NCBI RefSeq assembly: GCF_028641065.1
Contig: NC_073404.1
Coordinates: 11,904,001-11,968,000 of the forward strand
Length of the DNA: 64,000 nucleotides
DNA from: Leucoraja erinacea
Taxonomy: Eukaryota
Reading direction: 5' to 3'
Below the pieces are notes generated by a model. It ran no database searches and had not been told where the DNA came from. It worked only from the letters and a program-made list of their open reading frames with translations. The translations under genes and the position numbers were made by a program. Position 1 is the stretch's first letter, and each line of letters starts with the position of its first letter. This document shows positions 33,735 through 46,846 of the stretch, in pieces.

Positions 33735-35940
33735 GGATCTGGGTGTCATAGGCAAGGCCAGCAAGAAGGATAGTAAAAGCTTCTTTAGGTTTGTGAAGAG
33801 AAAAAAAATTAGTTAAGCCCAAAGTTGGACCCATGTAGACTGAAAAAGGTGAATTTATTATGGGGAACAAGGAAATGGCAAATGAGTTGAACAGGTACTT
33901 GTGGCCAGAGGATCTGGGGTGGTGAAGGAACTGAAGGAAATTCACATTAGGCAGGAAATGGTGTTGGGTAGACTGATGGGACTAAAGGCTGATAAATCCC
34001 CAGGGCCTGATGGTCTGCATCCCAGGGTACTTATGGAAGTGGCTCTAGAAATCGTGGACGCATTGGTGTTCATTTTTCAATGTTCTATAGATTCAGGATC
34101 AGTTCCTGTGGATTGGAGGGTAGCTAATGTTATCCCACTTTTTAAGAAAGGCGGGAGGGAGAAAACAGGAATTATAGGCCAGTTAGCCTGACATCGGTGG
34201 TGGGGAAGATGCTGGAGTCAATCATAAAAGATGAAATTGCGGCACATTTGGATAGCAGTAACAGGATCGGTCCAAGTCAGCATGGATTTACAAAGGGGAA
34301 ATCATGCTTGACTAATCTTCTGTAATGTATCTTGAGGATGTAACTGGGAAAATGCACAAGGGGGAGCCAGTGGATGCAGTGTACCTGGATTTTCAGAAAG
34401 CATTTGATAATGTCCCACATAGGAGATTAGTGGGCAAAATTAGGGCATATATTGGGGGTAGAATGCTGACATGGATAGAAAATTGGTTGGTAGACAGGAG
34501 ATTAACGGGTCCCTTTCAGAATGGCAGGCAGTGACTGGTGGGGTACTGCAAGTTTTGGTGCTGGGATCGCAGCTATTTGCAATATACATCAATGATTTAG
34601 ATGAAGGGATTCAAAGTAACATGAGCAAATTTGCAAATGACACAAAGCTGGGTGGCAGTGTGAACTGTGAGGAGGATGCTATGAGAATGCAAATTGACTT
34701 GGACAGGTTGGGTGAGAGGGCAGATGCATGGCAGATGCAGTTTAATGTGGAAAAAAGTGAGGTTATCCGCTTTGGTAGCAAAAACAGGAAGGCAGATTAT
34801 TGTCTAAATGGTGTCGTTGGAAAAAGGGGAAGTACAATGGGATCTGGGGGTCCTTGTGCATCAGTCAATGAAAGTAAACATACAGGTACAGCAGGCAGTG
34901 AAGAAAGCGAATGGCATGTTGGCCTTCATAACAAAAGGAGTTGAGGATAGAAGCAAAGAGGTCCTTTGCAGTTGTATAGGGCCCTAGTGAGACCACACTT
35001 GTAGTATTGTGTGCAATTTTGGTCCCCTAATTTGAGGAAGGACATTCTTGCTAATGAGGGAGTGCAGCGTGGGTCTACAAGGTTCATTCCCGGGATGGCG
35101 GGACTGTCATATGCTGAGAGAATGGAACATCTGGGCTTGTATACTCTGGAATTTAGAAGGATGAGAGGATATCTTTTTGAAACATATAAGATTATTAAGG
35201 GTTTGGACACGCTAGAGGCAGGAAACATGTTCCCGATGTTGGGGAGGTCCAGAACCAGGGGCCTCAGTTTAAGAATAAGGGGTAAGGCAATAGACAATAG
35301 GTGCAGGAGTAGGCCATTCGGCCCTTAAAGCCAGCACCGCCATTCAATGTGATCATGGCTGATCATCCCCAATCAGTACCCAGTTCCTGCCTTCTCCCCA
35401 TATCCCCTGACTCCGCTATCTTTAAGCCTTCTCTAGCTAGCTCTCTCTTGAAAGTATCCAGAGAACCGGCCTCCACTGCCTTCTGAGGAAGAGAATTCCA
35501 CAGACACAACTCTCTGTGAGAAAAAGTGTTTCCTCGTCTCCATTCTAAATGGCTTACCCCTTATTCTTAAACTGTGGCCCCTGGTACTGGACTCCCCCAA
35601 CATCGGGAACATGTTTCCTGCCTCTAGCGTGTCCAACCCCTTAACAATCTTATATATTTCAATAAGATCCCCTCTCATCCCTCTAAACTCCAGAGTGTAC
35701 AAGCCCAGCCGCTCCATTCTCTCAGCATATGACAGGCCCGCCATCCCGGGAATTAACCTTGTAAAGCTACGCTGCACTCCCTCAATAGCAAGAATGTCCT
35801 TCCTCAAATTAGGGGACCAAAACTGCACACAGCACTCCAGGTGTGGTCTCACTAGGGCTCTGTACATAGGGCATTTAGAACGGAGATGAGGAAACACTTT
35901 AACTCACAGAGAGTTGCGAGTCTGTGGAATTCTCTGCCTC
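33735..35940 (+). mobile_element. CR1 LINE interrupted by a minus-strand CR1 at 35288-35865
   Basis: KSPGPDGLHPRVL, DFQKAFD, FANDTKLGG motifs; the sequence resumes after the insert at ...GGCATTTAGAACGGAGATGAGG. Confidence 0.9.
35288..35865 (-). mobile_element. CR1 LINE 3' fragment
   Basis: ORF 35433..35897 contains ALVRPHLECCVQFWSP; CTATTGT tail. Confidence 0.9.
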
Positions 35941-37170
35941 ATAGAAAATAGGTGCAGGAGGTCATTTGGCCCTTCAAACCAGCACTGCCATTTATTGTGA
36001 TCATGGCTGATTATCCACAATCAGTAACCCGTGCCTGCCTTCTCCCCATACCCCTTGATTCTGCTAGCCCCTAGAACTCTATCTAATTCTCTTTTAAATT
36101 CATCCAGTGAATTGGCCTCTACCGCCTTCTGTGGCAGAGAATTCCACAAATTCACACTCTCTGGTTGAAACAGTTTTTACTCACCTCAGTTTTAAATGGC
36201 CTCTCCTTTATTCTTAGACTGTGGCCCCTGGTTCTGGACTCCCCTAACATTGGGAACATTTTTCCTGCATCTAGCTTGTCCAGTCCTTATATAATTTTAT
36301 ATGTTTCTATATGATCCCTTCTCATCCTAAATTCCAGTGAATACAAGCCCAGTCTTTCCAATCTTTTCTCATATGACAGTCCCGCCATCCCGGGGATTAA
36401 CCTCGTGAACCTACGCTGCACTGCCTCAATAGCAAGGATGTCCTTCCTCAAATTAGGAGAACAAAACTGCACACAATATTCCAGATGTGGTCTCACCAGG
36501 GCCCTGTACAACTGCAGAAGGACCTCTTTACTCCTATACTCAAATCCTCGCATTATGAAAGCCAACATGCCATTAGCTTTATTCACTGCCTGCTGTACCT
36601 GCATGTTTACTTTCAGTGACTGGTGTACAAGGACACTGAGGTTTTGTTGCACTTCCCTTTATCCTAATCTGACACCATTGAGATAATAATCTGCCTCATT
36701 GTACTTGCCGCCAAAGTGGATAACTTCACATTTATCTACATTATACTACATCTGCCATGCATCTGCCCACTCACCCAACCTGTCCAATTTACCCTACAAA
36801 CTCCTAGCATCCTCTTCACAGTTCACACTGCCACCCAGCTTTGTGTCAGCTGTAAATTTGCTAAAGTTACTTTTAATTCCATCATCTAAATCATTAATAT
36901 ATATTGTAAGTAGTTGCGGTTGTGGCCCCAGCACCGAGCCTTGTGGCATTCCACTCGCCACTGCCTGCCATTCTGACAGGCACCCGTTTATTCCAACACT
37001 TTCTTCCTGTCTGCCAATCAATACTCTATCCATGTCAATACCCTACCTCCAATACCATGTGCCCTAATTTTGCCTACCAACCTCCTGTGTGGGACCTTAT
37101 CAGAAGCCTTCTGAAAGTCCAGATACACTACATCCACTGGCTCTCCTTCATCCATTTTACTTGTTACTTC
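35941..37170 (-). mobile_element. CR1 LINE, 5'-truncated
   Basis: DFQKASDKVPH, PQGSVLGP and RPHLEYCVQF motifs. Confidence 0.9.
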
Positions 37171-37753
37171 TTGCTCTTTCAAAGATACAGAGTTCCAGAA
37201 TTTGGATCCAGTGGCGGAGAAGGTACGGCAGCATCTTTCCAAGTCAAAGCCAATGTCTGATTACCTTGGCTTGGGCAAACACCTCACCATTTTGCTCTTC
37301 TCACCTACACTGGCTCTTTAAGAGAAGATTCGACCCACTTCTTGCTTTTTCAGAGATACAGAATGAACCACGAATCTCCATGGTATGAAAAGCTGTGGAC
37401 TAAATGCAGGTGAATGGGAACAGTGTAGAATGGTTAGAATAGACATGGTGGGCTGAAGAGCCTGTTTTTGTGCTGGATGACTCTCTCACCCTCAGTCATG
37501 AAGTTATTGATTGGGGATGATCAGCCATGATCACAATGACTGGCGAAGGGCCGAATGGCCTCCTCCTGCACTTATTTTCTATGTTTCTATGAATGGATAA
37601 AACAGGCTTGAGAGGCCAAATAGTCCTAATTTGCCTGGTTGAGACCAGGGAACATGTAGATATCTCCTTCTCAAGGAGGGGGGCTCCCTATGTTATGGAC
37701 CAGGGGAGAGGCTGATCTCCACAGAGCTACAGGGACTACCCACAAGTACTCAC

Positions 37754-38087
37754 CTGTCAGAGACACCATGAAACCTTCGAACTGACACATGGTCTCCCCC
37801 AGGGTGAAGTAGCCGTGGATGTTGTTGGAGAAGCTGACCGTGCTGCCGAAGAAAGTGACCATCAGGTTGGCCACTGCCAGGTTGACCAGGATGTAGTTGA
37901 GGGGTGAACGGAGTTTCTTGTACTTGAGAGACACCAGGATCACCAGGCCATTGACAAAGGAGGCCAGGAAGACCACCAGCCCCATCAGCGTGGCCACCAC
38001 CATGTAGGTGCTCTTTGAGGCGTAGTGCGGCCATTGGGGGCCCTCAAAAGCACCAACGGTCCCGTTGTGAGGGGTAGCAGGAGCCAT
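37754..38087 (-). CDS. OPNP: pinopsin exon 1
   Basis: ATG at 38087 with an in-frame TGA upstream; 334 nt to ACA G|gtgagt. Encodes NGT sequon, FEGPQWP, YKKLRSPLNYILVNLAVANL and MCQFEGFMVSLTG (C110, E113). The five exons sum to 1050 nt (349 aa). Confidence 0.97.
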
Positions 38088-38129
38088 TGGAGCAGAATCC
38101 ACTGCTGCCAGTTCTCCTCACTCTGTGGA

Positions 38130-38250
38130 GCTGGCTTAACTGACCATAGTCCACGGTGGGCGCTCAGAGAGTTTGTTAAACCCTCTTTATAAAGGTGCAG
38201 CGGCTTAGCATCATATTAGACGAGCTCGCTCGCCTGGGACTATAATCTTT
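38130..38250 (-). promoter_or_regulatory. pinopsin core promoter: TATA box and CRX/OTX-type sites
   Basis: TATAAA at 38191-38186; TAAGCC at 38207-38202 and 38138-38133; TAATCT at 38243-38248. Confidence 0.65.
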
Positions 38251-41200
38251 CTTTCCATTCATTTAGGATAATTGCTGCTTTGAAAGGATCGCTTTTTTTA
38301 AAAAAGTACTTTCATTAATTATGATACACTGAAGCCATGTTTGCATTCCTGTGACTCTCAGCTGGGGGTGGGGTTAGTTTGATTCCACTTTCATGACGGC
38401 TTATTTCTCTACTTCTCCCTCTCCATCCACAAGTATCAGTGCTTCTAAATTCACAAAGATCTGCATGTTGTGTGGGTAAAAAGAGCAGATGGTGGGATAT
38501 GGATCGGTGAGAGTCGGTGATTGGGCAAGGAGTTGGCAGATGGGGTGTGATGTGGAAAAATGATAGGTTCTGCACTTTGGAAAGAAGAGTGAGAAAGAAC
38601 ATTTTTTATTTAAACTGAATGAAACTGCAAGATGGGAAATGGGGGACAGTGAGTGAGACACAAGAAGTTAGCACATGAGTATACAAGAGAGCTGATTGAA
38701 CACTGCGAAGTAGGGGAGAGTTGCAGCTATTTCACAGGTGAGACTGCTCCTCGGGTTCAGAGTCAAGTGTTTAATTGTCATAGGTACTGACAATGGAACA
38801 TTGAAATTCTCACATGCAGCAGAACACCTTAAAACACAACACACATAGTTAATATATAATATATAAATAAAAGTTCAATAAATGAAAAACCATAAATACC
38901 AGTGCAACTCTTCCCCCCCCCCTCCCCCCCTCCAGATGTCATTGGTACAAAACCAAAGACTATCCATAGAAGTTCATAGTTGATGTTAGTGTTGTGTAGT
39001 GTTCAAGAGCCTGATATCTGTTGGGAAGAAGCTGGTAATCACGGTTCAAGCTGGTGATCACGGTTCTCCGATTCCTGTACCTTCAGTGCCCGATCTGTGG
39101 TTAAGGATGTTCTTGCATTGGAGGTGATGAAGAGAAGATTAAGCCAGTCAATTCCTGGGACAAAGAGATTGTCAAACGATGATAGTTTGGGCCTGAACAC
39201 ATTGGAGTTGAGAAGAATGTGAGATGACAGGAGAGAAATAGGAACCCGAGGGTTCCTATTGATGCAAAGGGAGGTGGGTGAATGGAACGATCTGCTGGAG
39301 GAGGTAGTTGAGGCAGGTACGATCACAACATTTAAGAAATATTTAGATGGGTACATGGATAGGATTTGTTTAGAGGAATATGGGCCAAGCGCAGGCAGGT
39401 GGGACTAGTGTCGATGGGACATGTTGGGTGGTGTATGCTAGTTGGGGTGAAGGGCCTATTTCCACACTCTAACTCTGATTTTATTGAAACATGTCAGGCT
39501 CTGAGGGGAACTTTAGGGTGCATGTAAAGAACACAAGGTCCCCAGTGTGGATATCTATAACTAGGAGGTCATGTTACAGAAAAAGGAGTCGCCCATTTAG
39601 AAAGGTCGACTTATCCTTTCTTTGTTCCCGTTTCTCTTTATTTCTCTCTCTCTCTCTCTCTGTGCGTCTATCTTTCTAACTCTGTCTCCATTCTTTGTCG
39701 GTTTGCCTGTCTTCCTCTTGGTAATACACAAGTACAACAGGTAGTGCAGAAAAATAAATATCAGAATGCAGAATTTAGTGCTACGTTAGTGTTCAGCGTT
39801 GGAGCTCTTTAGCATTCCCTCTTTACCTTTCTCCCTCCATCGCTCTCTCTGACACCAGTAACTGAATATTGATGAGTAGCTGGAGGTTTGGAAAACTGTG
39901 ATGCGATTGGCAAAGATTGAAGTAGGTGTGGAGAGCTGACCTTAGCCAGTTGCCAACTCATGAGTCAACACTTACTGAATTCCCTGTTTTGGGGAGGAGT
40001 TTATTTTTTAGTCATTTTGAGATCTGGGCATCATATTTATTGCTATCTCTATTTAGCTAAGGAAGTGAGCCGCTGTCTTGAGGTACCACAGTCCATGAGG
40101 TGAAGGTGCTCCCACGGTGCTGTTGGGGAGTGCTAGGATTTAGATTTACGAGCATATATTTCCAAGTCGGAACGGTACGTGGTTTGAGGGGAGCCTAGTG
40201 GCGGTGGTGTTCCCTGCACCTGCTGTGCTGGTCCTCATCACCAACTCAATCCTACACACTAGGGCCAATTTACAACCTTTACCAAAGCCATTGGAGCATC
40301 TTGGGCAAATGAATGCAGAACATTTTTCAGGTGTTGCACACTACACGAGGGAATGAATGTCAAGGGAAGGGATGGACTGCTGGTTCAGGTGGGCTGATAC
40401 TGGCCTGGGTAGTGTCGAGCTTCCTGAATGTTTTTGGAACTGCAATCATCCAGGCAAGTGGAGAGCAGACTATCCTGCCATGCGTCTTGTTGATGGATGA
40501 ACGGTTTTGGAGCGCCAGGAGGTGAGTCGCTCACCACAGGATTGCTAGCCTCCGACCTGCTCTTGCAACCAGTGCATCTATGTGGCTGGTCCGGTAGGGA
40601 TTCTATTCGATGGTGATGCACAAGATATTGATGATGAGAGATCTGTAAAGGTTGTGTTATTGAATAGCAAGGATCTGTGGTGAGACTCACTTGTTGGAAA
40701 TTGTCATTACTTAATATCTGTGGTGTGAATATTACTTACCAGCCAGAAACCCAAATCATTCAAGAAGGCGGTGGTCGCAGAAAACGACATGCCAGTATGC
40801 GGGCTGGGGCCTTGCCTCCTGCGCCCTCAGTGGTCCTCTAGATGCTCCAAGGTTTGTTGTGGGCCGGGTCCCCAGTCCAGTGTATGAACAGTGGCCGTAT
40901 GAGGTGAGGGATGAAGCTCAAAAGTTGAAGCCTCCGGATCAACACGTCAGTGGAGTGGGCCACTGGAGGCCCTACAGGAGCCTGGGGCGCGATTAGATCA
41001 GGCACCACTCCAAGGGGCCGAGCGCATGGATCAGACGTGGCCTGCAGTGGTTTGGAGCAGTGAAGCAGCAGTAGAGGACATCATAACACGGCCAGGCCAA
41101 GTCAACCTTGCAACTCCAAGCCAGTGCCACCGCTGCCAGTACTAAGGGCCTTTATGACAAAGTTAAGACTATTTTCACAGACCATGCTTGGCTAAACTAT

Positions 41201-42794
41201 CGATGAGGTAAACCTATACAGCATGGAAATTGATAATTCGCTCCAACTCGCCCATCTGGATTCAACTGGGTTTAGAATCTAAAGGAGCATTTTAATTTCA
41301 GTGCAACAAGGAGTCAAAATGGCAAAGAGTAAACTTGAGCTGAAGGAGTTTTGGGAAAAATATTGAATTTCCATTGTGCCTTTGTGATCGCCAACATGCT
41401 CCACACTCAAAGACATCACTGCCCTTCCACATCCACGCAAGAGTAGACGGAGCCTCAACATATCTCAGGAACAAGTCCTTCAGCCCACAATGTCTGTGCC
41501 AAGTTAAACTATGGCAGACATGCTGAAGAAGGGTCTCAACAAATGTCTGTCCATTCCCTCCCCAGATGCTGCCTGATCCACTGATTTCCTGCAGTACTTT
41601 GTGTTTTGTTCAAGATACCATGTTCAAGACAGCAAAAAAATGGGCATGAGGTGTACTCCTGGAGTTAAATGAGGGGCTGATTGATCTTCTGTTCCTTTGC
41701 TCTCAATGACTTGGCAGTTTGCTGACATTCAGTAAACAGACTGACAAGTTCACCCAAGTAAGCTGGCCCTGTCCCTCTGAAGTGTGCCTGTGGATCTGGT
41801 GGAGGATTAATGAGGTGATGGGGGAGGGGGTAACTGTAGTCAGTTAGTACTTGGGAAGAGAAGGAGCATTGTCTATCATACATGTAGTCTAATAGTAAAC
41901 ATGGTAGCTGATGACCATGTATTGCTGCAGGATGTAACACATTTGTGTGTGGACACACCGCACATTAAGGAATCCAAGCACAGGCATCTTCCACCCCGAG
42001 AGAGAGGTTCTCTTCAGGGGGCCTGAAAGACATCAGGTGTGACGGTCACCCTCTGCCTTGCACTTTTACTGCCACCTCACCACCAGGGGTCACTGTCTGC
42101 CCAGGTTTGCAGCTGAGCAGTGACCCAGTTTGTCCGCTCCTGCTGGGGACAGTGTGTGGCTCAAACTGGGGTGCTCACCTGGGACTGGTGTAACCCAAGA
42201 CTCACATCTCAATGTCCTGGTTTGTTTGCTCCTGGGCCTGGCCAAGCTGTCTATACGTGGGTCCTGGCGGCGGTCAGCCACAGGTCTGCCCAAAAGCACA
42301 AGAAATTGCAGAGTTGTGGATGTAAGCCAGTCCATCTAACAAACCAGCTTCCCACCATAGACTACATCTACTTTTCATGCTGCCTCAGGAAAGTAGACAA
42401 TATAATCAAGGATACAAAATGCTGGAGTAATTCAGCAGGTCAGGCAGTATCTCCGGAGGACATGGAGAGGTAATGTTTCGGGTCAATACCTTTTTCAGAC
42501 TGGACATTTTCTCTGTAACTGTTACGCTACAATTCTGTATAACTATTTTCTGTACTCTGGTATTTTTCTCTTTGCACTGTCTGTTGGACCCGAGTATGGC
42601 TTGATTGTACTCACCTATATGGTGAAGTGATTTTACTGGATAGCATGCAAACAGAAGCTTTTCACTGTTGATACATGATAAACTAAAGCAAACCAAATAG
42701 ACAATAAACTACCATGAGCAAAACACAAAGTGCCAGAAGAACTCAGCAAGTCAAGCAATATCTGTGGAGAGATTTGACAGATGATGTTTATCTG

Positions 42795-43108
42795 GGAGAC
42801 ATGGTTGCTCAACGGGAGAGTTGCTGCCTTACCGCACCAGAGACCTGGGTTCGATCCCGACTATGGGTGCTGTCTGTACATAGTTTGTACATTCGCCCCG
42901 TGACCTGCTTGGGTTTACTCTGGGTGCTACAGTTTCCTCCTATAGTCCAAAGACGTACCGATTTGTAGGCTAATTGGCTTGGTAAAGTTGTGAATTGTCC
43001 CTAGTGTGTGTAGGATTGTGCTAGTATATGGGGAACGCTGGTTAGCATAGACATGTTGGGCTGAAGGGCCTATTTCTGCGCTATATCTCTAAACTAAACT
43101 AAACTAAT
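42795..43108 (+). mobile_element. tRNA-headed SINE
   Basis: GAGACCTGGGTTCGATCCCGAC B box, CR1-like 3' part, (TAAAC)n tail. Confidence 0.8.
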
Positions 43109-44984
43109 CTTCTTGACCCAAGATAAGTCCCAACCCAAAACAACGCCTGCCCATTTTCCTCCAATATATGCTGCTTGACATTGTGTTCCATGAGCAGTTT
43201 AATTTTTTCTTTCATTAAAAGTGCTCCAATGTCTTGAAGATAAAGTGTTAGTTCAGTAAGATGCAAGACCAAATCAATATGTTTGTGATGGCGGTAAACC
43301 TTCAGTGTTTATATGCCCAAGATTCAAACCAAGGCCTAAGCTGACGGTAAAGGTTGAAGGTTTGGAAGATGTTGGAATTCCTTGGACATATAACGGCATG
43401 GCATGTTGTAAATGTGTCACAAGGCATTCACTGTCAGAGGAGAGAATTAATGTTTAGGATGATGGATGTCTTTGTCCTGGAGAATATTCCAACAAGCTCT
43501 GTTGATGGTGGAAAGACTTTGGGGTTTCAGGATATTCTGAATCAACCTCATCTTCCATTGCTTTACTCCGACTGATTTGTTTATTCTGAGCAATGGGATT
43601 GAAAAAGTAAAATCCTCGCAAGGAAGCCTTACAATGAATGTGTTACAAAAATCAAATGCCAGATTGAGATCTCCAGTATTTTACAGTTTAAAAAAAACCT
43701 TTGAAAAGGTTGAACGTACAACTAACTATTTACTGTCTTCTGTCTGGAAGGAGATTAAAAAAGGATTATAAACAAACGCAAGCATTGTAGTCTTAAGTCA
43801 TACACAATCTGTTTAGGGCAAATCTCCAGTGCTGGGCAGTAGGTTTGAATCTTCTAATGCCAATCCTCTTCGGGCAGATTAGTTTAACACCTCAATTGTT
43901 TACATTCTGCCGCACATTCATTAGTATCTAGTTTTTGCACCTTTGTCCGATTCTTCTTTTAATTATTCAAATCCAAATGACCCAATTCGTAGCTCGGGCA
44001 ACTTTAATATCTGCACAAGTCCAATCAGACAAATGTTTCTTATTTCCACATGCAGTTTTGGTTACTGCAAAGAAACATCCACCCTGCAAATTATAGTGGA
44101 AATCTATATTTCAGCCTCAAACTCAAGGCGGATTTGTTTCTCTTTTCACAGATGCTGCGTGACCTGCTGAGTATTTAAGTTCAATTTATATTTACCAAAA
44201 TTAAAAAATCTCCCCCCACAGTTGCTCCACCAGTTGGCTGTTCCAACCCCTAGCATCTCCAATGTCTTGTGTCCCCACCCACCTGACATCACGTAAATAA
44301 ATGAAGCTTGAAAGAAACAGCATTCATTTACACGGTGCATCTGGCACCGTCTGCATTGCAACCTCGATGTTGACCAGCCACTTGCACCCCACCCGCCCAC
44401 AAATTGCTCGTTGGACAGAATTCTGCTCAGAGAAGACAAAGACTTTGGACCAACATGTCAGTATTTATATTTCACTGAGTAGTGATTACCATAGATGCAA
44501 ATCAATTTCAAAAACAGACTACATAAACAATTACTTCTGACTGTATACATAATTGTACCACTAATTCTATACAAGTGTTAGGGAGTACATATTAAACACC
44601 ACATTCGCTCCTCTTTATACTTATTTTGAAGTTTTCAATGCAGAAATGTCGATTCAAATTTTTTTTTTTTCTACACAGATGCATCATTAAAGAAAATTAT
44701 TTTTGGCAGGAAAAAACACGATCAAATTAATTTTCAGTTTACATTGTCAATGCATTAAAAAGCGTGGCTGGTTGAATAAGCCATGGGTCAGTTAACTGCA
44801 TCCCGTTGGCTCAGTGGCGGGACCTTGGGACTCAGAGGTTAAACTGCAAAGTTAAAGTTGTTCTGGTCCTCCCGAAGGGGAGGGGAATGCGAAGATCAAA
44901 CATTTCACTGTGTACTTGCAATATCCCCATACCCAACATCACACACCTGCAGGGATGGTAATCAGTCTCCAATGCAACTTAAGC

Positions 44985-45645
44985 TATGTACAAAACGTTG
45001 GTGAGGCTGCACTTGAAGTATTGTGGTCAGTTTTGGTCACCTTACTATAGGAAACATGCCATTGAGCTGGGAAAGGGTGCAGAGAAGATTTACGAGGATG
45101 TTCCCAGGATTCTTGGGCCTGAGCTATAGGGAGAGGTTGGGCAGGCTGGGAGATCATTCCTTGGAGCTTACAAGGCTGACGGGTGATCTTATAGAGGTGT
45201 ATAAAATCATGAGAAGCATAGACAGGGCGCATGCACAGTCTTTTCCCCAGGACAGGGAAATCAAGAACAAGAGGGCAGAAAGGAGAAAGATTTTGATAAA
45301 GTTACAGAACTCGGGTTTCTGGCGCTATGAGTCAGCGGCTTGACAAGCTGCGCCACAGTGTCGTCCTAGTTTTACAGGAACTTGGGGGACATCTTTTTTA
45401 CACAGAGGGTGGGGGTGTGTACGGAATAAGCTTCCAGAAGTAGTAGTTGAGGCAGGAACATAACAACATTTAAAAGATGAGTAGGAAGGAACTGCAGATG
45501 CTGGTTTATACTCCACAGATGCTGAGTTTTGCTGTCAATCTTCAATATTTAAAAGACACTTGGACGGGTACGGGACTAATTTAGATGGAACATCTTGGTT
45601 GGCATGGGCGAGTTGGGCCTCTTTCCGTGCTGTATGACTCTATGA
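44985..45645 (+). mobile_element. CR1 LINE 3' fragment
   Basis: ERVQRRFTRMFPG..LSYRERL motif and a tail. Confidence 0.8.
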
Positions 45646-46840
45646 GCTGGAGAAGATCTAATTACACAGGGCCGTAGGCTGCTTTGTGACGCATATTCCA
45701 CTGTCAGAGATTAGAAAAGAAATGGAACACACCGGGAATGGGAAATGTCGCCTCACCTGCAGCTTCAGTAAAAGGTTCCTGCACTGTGACAGAAACTAAA
45801 GTCGAGGGGGTTTAAAACCTGTTGCACGAATGCATGGCTTCTGTTCCTGGAATACATTTGGAAAAACAGGAAAAACAATTTGCTCTGAACTGATGGTCAC
45901 CCCATGCAGGGGCATCAGGCAGAGGGAGGGGTGGGGGCAGGTCACACACCATAGAGAAGCTTAGATGGCATTCCAGAATTTGCATAAATTCTCACAGTGG
46001 AAACTTCAGGCTGCACTTTGGTAGGTAGGTAATATGTCAAAATCGCAGGCACCAGAAACAGTAACAGAGGTAACCAGTGTGGAAGGCAGAACTCTACTCC
46101 CTCAACACAGCCACTCACCCATTTAAAATAATTGCATGAATTTCTTGAGTTGGTGCAGTATGGCTATTTCATACCAGCTGGCTAATTCTATCTGATTTGC
46201 AGTTTGTATTTAAGACTTTGATGCATTGAAGAAGGGAGTGGGAGTGTGGCCGCTTGCTATGTTCAGAGAACAACTTCACCCCTTTCGGACTCTTACCAAT
46301 AGTTGCTGAGGTCAAAACATGGACAACCCAGAGACCTTTTCCCCACAGCCAGTGAGCACGGGACTGAAGAGTGTCAGAGCCTCTGATCTAGCTGCCATTT
46401 GATTTCAGATGGAGGGTGAGGTGCGTCACTGGAAGACTCCGCTGATGCACCGGTAGATTCACCAGTGTAAACATGCAGCTGTGGAACCCCAGCCAGACTC
46501 AACCCAGTGTCCTGGCTGCTCTCTGGTGTCTGTGGCCTAAGGCACCATCCTTCTACCAGAGAAGGGTACGGGGTATTTTGTTTGCTAGTTCTAGTTGGAG
46601 TGAAATGGATTCACGGCTCTCTGCTACTTCAGGTGGTGCATCTGTGTGTCACAGGTAACAGCCAGTATCTCATCACCTGACCAGACCAGAGATTCACAGG
46701 GATGCATTCTCGTTGCTGTATGGAGGACATTTCTTTGGCCCCGCTGGAGAAAACAGCGAGGTGAACACGTGATTTAGATGTGTACATAATATCCAGCATA
46801 ATCAACAGCTGAGACCAAAAAGTGGTTGATACATATAAAC

Positions 46841-46846
46841 TTTATT
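46841..46846 (-). terminator. candidate FLOT2 polyadenylation signal
   Basis: AATAAA on the minus strand, ~0.9 kb after the stop. Confidence 0.35.

Noticed and set aside
22362-38087. Calling the opsin RH1, RH2, SWS2 or VA opsin
   Set aside because: The 183-nt exon 2 and the motifs [19 protein letters not shown] and PSYFSKTA match pinopsin.
38088-38102. ORF-track start MDSAP at 38102
   Set aside because: The codon is GTG; the first usable ATG after the in-frame stop is at 38087.
42795-42870. tRNA genes at SINE heads
   Set aside because: The A/B boxes continue into SINE bodies with LINE-type tails; no complete cloverleaf.
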